Positions 44,539 through 51,355 of a stretch of 64,000 nt of DNA are shown here, piece by piece. The stretch lies in the IMG/VR virus record IMGVR_UViG_3300029118_000005. The stretch is one strand, 5' to 3'. Origin of the DNA: a virus. The notes under the pieces were generated by a model. That model was not told the DNA's origin. It was given only the letters and a program-made list of their open reading frames with translations, and did no database searches. Each line of letters begins with the position of its first letter. Position 1 is the stretch's first letter. The translations under genes and the position numbers were made by a program.

Positions 44539-45221
44539 TGGCTTGATAAATTTTTGGCAGCTATTGCGTTTTCGTCGATTAGACCATGTTCGATCCACTT
44601 TTCGACAAATCGAGCTTTTAGTGCTGAAAGCTCTGCTTCCATGTTGTCTTCTAGCGCAGCTCTATAATCATCAACTAGCACTCTTGCTGTGAATATAATC
44701 TCTTCTGTTAGGGAATCCGCATCGTCTAACATGGCATCATACATCTCTTCAAAATCTGATTTTGAAGAATAAAAATCTCCTCTGAGAAGGGACTTCCCAA
44801 ATTCGATTAACGCTTTTCCACTTTGTTCAATGTCCTTTAATATTTCTTCAGAATTATCTTCAAATAGAATGCCTTTATCTGAAACTATGAATTTGGCAAT
44901 CTGATCCACACTTACAGTAAATACTTCTGTATTTGGAATCCTGAACTTTGAAAAATGTTGATGTAGTTTCTTTTCGTTTTCTTTATAGTTTGTATGCCAT
45001 GGACTGATTAGAATTTTATCTACTGGGCATTGCATGTAGTCATTGATGTAATGTGTTAAGATAGAAGTTCTGTTTGCTGGAAATGAGGACATTCCAATTT
45101 TGCTGACTCCATTTCCATACCCAATAGCATATATAATTCCCACAACAGAATTAGGTTTCTCTTTTTGAAGGTCTTTGATTTTATTAAATTCATTCTCTTC
45201 AAATATTTTTATATTATTCAT
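44535..45221 (-). CDS. T5orf172 / GIY-YIG-superfamily domain protein
   Basis: Start trimmed to MNNIKIF. GIIYAIGYGNGVSKIGMSSFPANR ... KKLHQHF resembles the T5orf172 (MUG113) domain. Confidence 0.55.
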   Translation of the reverse strand: MNNIKIFEENEFNKIKDLQKEKPNSVVGIIYAIGYGNGVSKIGMSSFPANRTSILTHYINDYMQCPVDKILISPWHTNYKENEKKLHQHFSKFRIPNTEVFTVSVDQIAKFIVSDKGILFEDNSEEILKDIEQSGKALIEFGKSLLRGDFYSSKSDFEEMYDAMLDDADSLTEEIIFTARVLVDDYRAALEDNMEAELSALKARFVEKWIEHGLIDENAIAAKNLSSQ

Positions 45222-45502
45222 ATAAACACCTACCTTCCTGGTATGCCTTGGCATTATGGCAAAGAAACTGTCAAGGCTCACAGCTTTCGGGTCGCGATTC
45301 CCTATCTTTGCCATATGTGTAGTTACGAGCTAAAAGGGGCTTTTTATTTTGGAAAAATATTTTGGGGACTAAGTAGCCCCATGCCGGGGGCATGCTCTCA
45401 GACCCCTACACCCCCTTTTTGTGTGATCATCTGGCAGCTGCGCAGCTGGTCGCGGCTCCTGATCCTATGGCGGCAAAACCTAAATTGTGTGCATTTGTAT
45501 AT

Positions 45503-45527
45503 ACAAAAGCAACAGTGTTTTGCTGCC
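45503..45527 (-). terminator. terminator candidate downstream of the TerS-like gene
   Basis: Minus-strand GCAGCA aaacac TGTTGC followed by TTTTG. A second hairpin CGTATAAT/ATTATACG lies at 45565-45584. Confidence 0.45.
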
Positions 45528-45635
45528 CTGGTCTGAGTATACGCACCATTGACCGTTAAAAGTTCGTATAATAAAGATTATACGTACTCTATGTTACTTT
45601 GAAGATTAACACAGATCAAGAAACCTTGACTAATC

Positions 45636-46211
45636 TTAATTTAAATCGTCAGATAATTTAAAATCCGATAGTTTAGGGGCTTCTGGTTCTGCGTCAATGA
45701 CTTTTTCCCACTCTTCCGCCGTTATCTGCTTGGCCTCCGGTGCTGTCTCAGCTGATAAGCGGAACTCTGACGCGTTGACATAGTCGCTATTGTTAGTAAG
45801 ATCAAAAATTGCAAGCACTGGTGGCATTTTGCCAGCAAGTGCAAGCTGCTTTTTACAAGCTGTGATGATGCCTTTGTAAAATGCAATGGCATTTTGCCAG
45901 TCTTCGCCGCGTTTTTCGTAGTTGAGAATAGTTTTTCTTGTGATACCCAGATATGTGGCCCATGATTCAACGTCAGGAATCAGCCGCATTTCGCCCCTTC
46001 GGTTGATATCTCGAACTTGTGCAAAGTAGCTGCGTGAAGCTACTTGAAACTCTTCTAGCCCGTCTTCGCTGTTTTCGAACGCTTGTGGTGCTCCACACCT
46101 GCGGCTTCTGGGGCGATCAAGGGCAGATGATAGAATTGCGTCTAGCTCGTCCCCTTCCATAGTCTCAGCTACATCTTGCAGACTGGGCATTCTTTTCCCA
46201 CCTCTTGGCAT
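45636..46211 (-). CDS. terminase small subunit-like DNA-binding protein
   Basis: IPDVESWATYLGITRKTILNYEK ... PPVLAIFDLTNNSDY follows the HTH plus aIF.LKN pattern I associate with Firmicute phage TerS. It lies 12 kb from terL. Confidence 0.5.
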   Translation of the reverse strand: MPRGGKRMPSLQDVAETMEGDELDAILSSALDRPRSRRCGAPQAFENSEDGLEEFQVASRSYFAQVRDINRRGEMRLIPDVESWATYLGITRKTILNYEKRGEDWQNAIAFYKGIITACKKQLALAGKMPPVLAIFDLTNNSDYVNASEFRLSAETAPEAKQITAEEWEKVIDAEPEAPKLSDFKLSDDLN

Positions 46212-47041
46212 TCTATGCCGCCTCCTTCCTTTCTAGCTTTTTGTCGTGAATAAATATGGTTAAACCTTAGCCTTTCCCCTTCAAACGTCTTCTAGCCGCC
46301 TTCTGTGCCCTTCTAGCGCCCTTCTGTGTGTGCTCATCGTGTCCAGCTCTCGTCTGTGTCCGTCCTGGCTGTCTGTCCTGACTGTGTGCCGTCCTCATCT
46401 GCCGCCTGTCTGTGTATCTCTCGTCTGTTGGCTGTCTCTGGCTTGATCATCTGTCAGTTGTCAACTGTCAGCTCCTGCACTCTGTATCTGTATATACTTA
46501 GATACACTATACACATACCTACTTACTAGATATCTATATACAGTACATACAGATATACTATACATATACCTTGTACATACTGTATCTATACATACTCACC
46601 TTATATATACTGTACATATATACCTTATACAGACATACTTAATATATATTATCAGATAATATATTAAATATACCGATAGTATATTAAATATATATACCAT
46701 ATACATATACAGTAAATATATATACTGTATATATTATATATAAGGAAGCGACACGGAAAAGCTGTAGGCCTGGGGAAAAGAAAAAAGCCCACGACCAGAA
46801 AAAGAAGCACCGTGTTTCAGCACGGCTTGGAATCTTTTCCGATCATGGGCTATATACTCTATATATCCATATCTAGGCTACATATAAATACTATATATAG
46901 TAGCTTGATTACATAATACAACAATATGAGGTGTAAATCAAGTTAAATATTTTTAAAAACGCAAGTTGCACAAATTGAATATAACAATTTAAAAGTCAGA
47001 AAACATAAAAAAGACAATCCACTTTTGGATTGCCTTAGAAA

Positions 47042-47644
47042 CTATTCTGTAATATAACTATAAACATACTGTTTTAAAAGCTTTGTATAGTTGTCGGACT
47101 CTGCGAACCACTCTGACAAAAGGTCATTATCTGGGCGAGCATCGCCAGGCTCGGCAGCTGCACGCGCGATTGGTAAAAGATCTTGATTTTTTTGTACAAC
47201 GGCATCTGAAAACGAGTTGATCAACGTTTCTTTTAAAACTTCTGCATTGTGTGTCTGCTGACGGAGAAAAGAAACAACTTCGTCCCACTCTTGGCGCGTT
47301 GGGAGCCTGTAAGTTACTGCTGCAAGCTTTGAAAAAGCTATTCCGCGTGCATATGGGGCGACAAGATCACAAGCAGGAATCGAAAGCACTTGTGATGGTG
47401 TGATTTTAAGGCAAGAAAGACAATCTCCGGAAGAGATTGCTAAAAGTGATAAAATTTCTGCTGTATTTTTGGATTGTGTAAGCTGCTCTAGCTCGTAAGG
47501 GGTGATAGGATGATCACCAAGAAAAAGTTCATGCTGGAACACGAACTTTTCAATCTTGCGTTTTAATTGTTTTGGCTTCAACTTATTTTCCTTTCTGCCC
47601 TCGTAGCCTCCGGGGCGGGTGCTTTGATATTTACCAGATTTCAA
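47042..47644 (-). CDS. hypothetical protein
   Basis: 200-aa ORF with a basic N-terminus. Confidence 0.45.
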   Translation of the reverse strand: MKSGKYQSTRPGGYEGRKENKLKPKQLKRKIEKFVFQHELFLGDHPITPYELEQLTQSKNTAEILSLLAISSGDCLSCLKITPSQVLSIPACDLVAPYARGIAFSKLAAVTYRLPTRQEWDEVVSFLRQQTHNAEVLKETLINSFSDAVVQKNQDLLPIARAAAEPGDARPDNDLLSEWFAESDNYTKLLKQYVYSYITE

Positions 47645-48068
47645 CGCCGAGCTTGTCAGCTGCTGCGCTTACTACGTCCTCTACGGTGTCACTGTCGGCG
47701 CTGTCGTACTCGTCCGCCATATCAGCCAGTTCACACAGCTTGCGGCAGTCGTCGGGGTTCCACTCTCCATTGTGGCGGATGCGATACGCGGTAAGTTCTG
47801 CAGAATCCTCTTCAAGGAGCACAACAGCGTCAACATAGCGGTTGCTGTCTGGGTCTTCGTCATCGATATAATCATTTGCGCAATTCTTCCAGTCTTCCAT
47901 CTGCTCAATGCAGTAATCTACATCATCGACCATAAAAGCATCAACTTCACCGTCAAATTCGAGACCTCCGGTTTCAAAAAACTCATTGGCCCAATCTGGA
48001 CCATATCCGCTGCCATTCCAAATTTTCATTGTGACTTCTACAAGCTTCTTTCCGTCTGTCATCTTCAT
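47631..48068 (-). CDS. strongly acidic protein (DNA-mimic / anti-restriction candidate)
   Basis: 145 aa with about 40 D/E versus about 11 K/R by my count. Confidence 0.5.
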   Translation of the reverse strand: MKMTDGKKLVEVTMKIWNGSGYGPDWANEFFETGGLEFDGEVDAFMVDDVDYCIEQMEDWKNCANDYIDDEDPDSNRYVDAVVLLEEDSAELTAYRIRHNGEWNPDDCRKLCELADMADEYDSADSDTVEDVVSAAADKLGVEIW

Positions 48069-48143
48069 ATCTTTTTTACCTTTGCCCTTTGGGGCTTCCT
48101 TTCTTTCTTTGTGCCTTTAGTATAACTTAAAAAAGTTACTATG

Positions 48144-48395
48144 TCAAGACTTTTTTTGAAAGTTTTTTAAAATTTTTTCTTCTTCGGCTTGGTCTGGTGC
48201 ATAGTATATAAGGTGCTCTGGCTGCATGTGCAAGATGCAGCATATACGATTGATAGCATCAAGGCTTATGTGTGTATCTCCTGCCTTGATCTTTCGCCAT
48301 GTATCCTGCGACAAAATGCCGCTTTTCTGCGCTGTGTAGGCTGTAACGCCTGCGGTAGCCAGGGCGCCGGCTACATCAAATTTAAACTTTATCAT
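48144..48395 (-). CDS. XRE/Cro-like HTH protein (start trimmed to MIKFKFD)
   Basis: AAAGGAGAG RBS. The HTH region is YTAQKSGILSQDTWRKIKAG. Confidence 0.65.
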   Translation of the reverse strand: MIKFKFDVAGALATAGVTAYTAQKSGILSQDTWRKIKAGDTHISLDAINRICCILHMQPEHLIYYAPDQAEEEKILKNFQKKS

Positions 48396-48503
48396 ATTTG
48401 TAGTACTCTCCTTTCGTGCTTGGTGTATTGCTACATATATATAGTAACTTTTCTGCGGCAAAAAGTCAAGAAAAAATATAACGAAAAAAAGTTATAAAAA
48501 GTC

Positions 48504-48531
48504 TTGACATAACTTTTAAAAGTGATATAAT
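48504..48531 (+). promoter_or_regulatory. strong sigma-A promoter with extended -10
   Basis: TTGACA (48504-48509), 16-nt spacer, TGATATAAT (48523-48531). Confidence 0.6.
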
Positions 48532-48550
48532 AAGGGTGTAAACAAAAAAA

Positions 48551-48586
48551 GCCGGTTGCACTACCTACCAAGCAAACGCAACCGGC
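48551..48586. other. 9-bp perfect hairpin in the leader region (terminator if read on the minus strand)
   Basis: GCCGGTTGC ... GCAACCGGC, with an A7 run on the left. On the minus strand a U7 run follows it. Confidence 0.5.
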
Positions 48587-48642
48587 ACCAATCAAAAAAA
48601 AGAAAGGTAGCTTGATTATACATCAAGCAAAGGGAAAAAACA

Positions 48643-48975
48643 ATGTTATATTCAGAGTTAGCAAAAACTTACAGAAAGCTTTTTAAGAAATATCCAAATA
48701 TTTCTAGTCTCCAGGATTTCGGCGGCAAGATTTTAGAAGAAAAAACAACCTATGCTAAGCGCGGCGCGCGTTGGGTTGAAGTGAAAAAAGAAGAAAAAGA
48801 AGTACCGGCAACTTATGTTTTTAATGTATTTGATGCAGTACAATTTTTTAAAGGCTTAGGCGGATACGAAAAAGTAAGTTGTGGCTATACAAAGGCCGGA
48901 TATCTTCCAGACGAGTTACTAAGTATCAGCCCTAACAGAACGGAAAAAACAGTAAGAAAATATTATTTCATTTAA
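48643..48975 (+). CDS. hypothetical protein
   Basis: 110-aa ORF downstream of the strong promoter. Confidence 0.45.
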   Translation: MLYSELAKTYRKLFKKYPNISSLQDFGGKILEEKTTYAKRGARWVEVKKEEKEVPATYVFNVFDAVQFFKGLGGYEKVSCGYTKAGYLPDELLSISPNRTEKTVRKYYFI

Positions 48976-48981
48976 AAAAAT

Positions 48982-49010
48982 AAGGTGGGCGAAAATGCCC
49001 ACCTTTTTTT
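48982..49010. terminator. bidirectional intrinsic terminator
   Basis: AAGGTGGGC gaaaat GCCCACCTT, flanked by an A7 run and a T7 run. Sits between convergent genes. Confidence 0.75.
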
Positions 49011-49404
49011 ATTTGCTTCGTGCCTGATCAAGTAGCCGCTGCGTCTGCTTCTGGCCGTATATATCCATGATATCAAGCTGATACCGTGCATCAGTCAAGA
49101 GCCTTTGCAGGTCTACCGCTTCCAGGTCTGGCGTATGGTTCTTAGTCTTCTGACTGGACGGCTCCGGACCTGCCGCAGGTGCTGCAGGTCCTTCTGCATC
49201 TGGTGCCGCTGATCGGATGCTATCGCGGTCTATAGCTGCATCGGCTGCATCTGTCAAAAACTGCGCTAGGCTTTGCCCTCTGGCGGCTGCTGCGTCTAAA
49301 TACTTTTGCTTGCATCCTTTTTTCACGCGAATATTTATCTGCTCAAGATGTTCTTTTTGATACTTCATGATCGCGTTTTTCTGTGCCTCTGAATACTTGC
49401 CCAT
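49009..49404 (-). CDS. ribbon-helix-helix (CopG/Arc-like) regulator
   Basis: QINIRVKKGCKQKYLDAAAARGQSLAQFLTDAADAAI fits a beta-strand/helix/helix RHH layout. The gene is divergent from a palindrome-covered promoter. Confidence 0.6.
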   Translation of the reverse strand: MGKYSEAQKNAIMKYQKEHLEQINIRVKKGCKQKYLDAAAARGQSLAQFLTDAADAAIDRDSIRSAAPDAEGPAAPAAGPEPSSQKTKNHTPDLEAVDLQRLLTDARYQLDIMDIYGQKQTQRLLDQARSK

Positions 49405-49462
49405 TTTACACCTCCTATAAATAATGGCCCTATTCCACCACTAGCATAGTTATAGCATAGAA

Positions 49463-49545
49463 ATATAGTGCTAGCTATAGATAAAATAAACAAAAATTCT
49501 ATAGCTAGCTTGTGAAATATCACAGTTGACTATAGCTAGCTATAG
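49463..49545. promoter_or_regulatory. three GCTAGC-centred operator boxes, one a perfect 16-bp palindrome
   Basis: TATAGTGCTAGCTATAG (49463-49480), CTATAGCTAGC (49499-49509) and CTATAGCTAGCTATAG (49530-49545). Confidence 0.55.
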
Positions 49546-49554
49546 AAGTATAAT
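49526..49554 (+). promoter_or_regulatory. sigma-A promoter whose spacer is the 16-bp palindrome
   Basis: TTGACT (49526-49531), 17-nt spacer, TATAAT (49549-49554). Confidence 0.55.
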
Positions 49555-49603
49555 ACAGTCAGAAACAAGGAAAACAACAAACACAGAAAGGAAGTAAAAA
49601 AAT

Positions 49604-49906
49604 ATGAAGAGAACAAAAAATATGATTTATAAGGCATCCGATGAAGCAAGAGAGCTGTTTTTATATGCTACTAACTCAGGCGTTTTGTATGATCGCCAGA
49701 TTAAGCCGAGTATCGAAAACCTCAGAAAAAAAGCAAGAAAGGGGACCTTTGATAAAGACAAGGCGGCAGACCTCTTTTACTATGTAGCCACAAGCGCTTC
49801 GGCCATGTATAATAGAGATTTTGGATTTAGCTTTTCTGTCCAGCAGCGCTTTACAGCCGCGGTTGATATGGTTGATTTTTACATTGATGAAATAGAAGAG
49901 ATTTAA
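49604..49906 (+). CDS. hypothetical protein
   Basis: 100-aa ORF with an AAAGGAAG RBS. Confidence 0.5.
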   Translation: MKRTKNMIYKASDEARELFLYATNSGVLYDRQIKPSIENLRKKARKGTFDKDKAADLFYYVATSASAMYNRDFGFSFSVQQRFTAAVDMVDFYIDEIEEI

Positions 49907-49984
49907 GCCGAAACGCCCAAGGCTGGGCGTCCGTTGGGGATTGCCTCCCAGCGCTGATGATGGCAGGCAAGAAAGGGAAAAGTT

Positions 49985-50347
49985 ATGACAACATTACACA
50001 TTATTAAGTTAAGTGAGAACGCCCCAGCTATGGCGCACGGTTTCCACTATAACGTCCAGATCTGGACGAAGGACAGCGGCCGTGGCTGGTGCTATGCCGG
50101 AAATGGTAAGTTTTTAAAGGCTGCAGATGAGGTTCTGAGATATGGCAAGGAACACGCCGAGTTTTACAGTGATGACATGTACAAGGATTTTTACGCCTGT
50201 ATGAGTGAGGAAGACGTTGTATATTTTGTAGGGGTTTACAAGTGGCACGCCTTCCGCGTATATCCAGACGGAAAAATTACAAAGGCAACTGAGCAAGAAC
50301 GCGAATTGGCCGGAAAATGGCTTGAAAGAGAGAAAGGAAAGCGATGA
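49985..50347 (+). CDS. hypothetical protein
   Basis: 120-aa ORF. It shares a short motif (HGFHYNVQIW) with the next small ORF. Confidence 0.5.
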   Translation: MTTLHIIKLSENAPAMAHGFHYNVQIWTKDSGRGWCYAGNGKFLKAADEVLRYGKEHAEFYSDDMYKDFYACMSEEDVVYFVGVYKWHAFRVYPDGKITKATEQERELAGKWLEREKGKR

Positions 50348-50502
50348 TCACAACAAAAATTGTCTTGCTGGGCGACACTCACCCGGCAAGACTTCGCGGT
50401 TATGGTTACAGTGTGCAGATTTTTGTAGATGGTGAATACAGTAATATTTGCAAGCTGTGCCGGACTCTGGCAGATGCTGAAAGCTACGCTAAGGAATTTT
50501 AA
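50344..50502 (+). CDS. possible 52-aa protein (below ORF-track cutoff)
   Basis: ATGA overlap with the upstream stop. My translation is MITTKIVLLGDTHPARLRGYGYSVQIFVDGEYSNICKLCRTLADAESYAKEF. Confidence 0.35.
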   Translation: MITTKIVLLGDTHPARLRGYGYSVQIFVDGEYSNICKLCRTLADAESYAKEF

Positions 50503-50606
50503 GTTTTTTTGTGTTTCTCCGCTTTAGGCGGCGAGGTTCACGACCTGGGGACACTTTACCGGGGAAAACCGGAACAAAAAAGAAAACTAAAAGAAAGGTT
50601 AAAACA

Positions 50607-51002
50607 ATGATTTTACAGACAGTATCTATCAGCGCCGCGCCGCGAGAGCTGCATATAAAGCTTTTCAAGGCTCACGGCGAGGAGTGGGAAAAGCTGGTGA
50701 AAGAAATTGCAAGCCTTGACGCTGTGGCTCTTGCGTCATGGGCGCGAGTATTCGAGGCGGTAAAGACTCCAGGTGTGGTGGCACACTGGGAAGTGCAGCA
50801 CGAAATTGGCGACAAGGCATACACAGAGCAACGTATACTGCACGTATCCGTAAAGAATCCGGGCTGCATTCAGTTTTCTACAGCTCACATCTACCCAGAC
50901 GAATATATCCCGGTGATGGATTCACAGTTTAAAAATGCAGCTGATTTTTTCAGATATGAAGCGCCGCCATCAGCAGTTGTTATTGTTGAAAAGGTTGCGT
51001 GA
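50607..51002 (+). CDS. hypothetical protein (start trimmed to MILQTVS)
   Basis: The N-terminal 32 codons of the track ORF are Arg/Lys junk. An AAGAAAGG RBS precedes 50607. Confidence 0.45.
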   Translation: MILQTVSISAAPRELHIKLFKAHGEEWEKLVKEIASLDAVALASWARVFEAVKTPGVVAHWEVQHEIGDKAYTEQRILHVSVKNPGCIQFSTAHIYPDEYIPVMDSQFKNAADFFRYEAPPSAVVIVEKVA

Positions 51003-51021
51003 AACGGAAAGAGGTGATAAG

Positions 51022-51294
51022 ATGAAGGTAATCTGGGAACCAGGTCTGCAGATCAAGAAGATGTGCAGCAGTGCAGAGCATGCTATTGTTGCGGTTAACG
51101 TCCGGCAGTATATTGATTTTCTAGGTGGAAAATGGAGAAACCATTTTGTTACAAAGCGGCAACTGTTTGCAGAAAAAGAGTTGTCAACGAATAACGGAAA
51201 TTTTAAGACATTTGCTAGCAATGGACGCTTAGAGCTTTTTAATGCGGTAACAGATGGGGTTGAAAAAGCCAAGAACTTTTTGTATAATATTTGA
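51022..51294 (+). CDS. hypothetical protein (start trimmed to MKVIWEP)
   Basis: GAAAGAGGTG RBS before 51022. Confidence 0.45.
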   Translation: MKVIWEPGLQIKKMCSSAEHAIVAVNVRQYIDFLGGKWRNHFVTKRQLFAEKELSTNNGNFKTFASNGRLELFNAVTDGVEKAKNFLYNI

Positions 51295-51355
51295 AACACA
51301 CATATGTACTGTTATTTTGCAATAGTGCATATTGACAAAGAAAGGAAGGGCAAAC

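Noticed and set aside
45165-45536. 123-aa plus-strand ORF across the GC-rich island
   Set aside because: It begins antisense inside the T5orf172-like gene and has no RBS. Its composition is driven by the palindromic GC-rich sequence.
46326-46529. 67-aa plus-strand ORF in the pyrimidine-rich tract
   Set aside because: The product is Cys/Ser/Leu/Val low-complexity dictated by the CTGT-type repeats. There are no translation signals.
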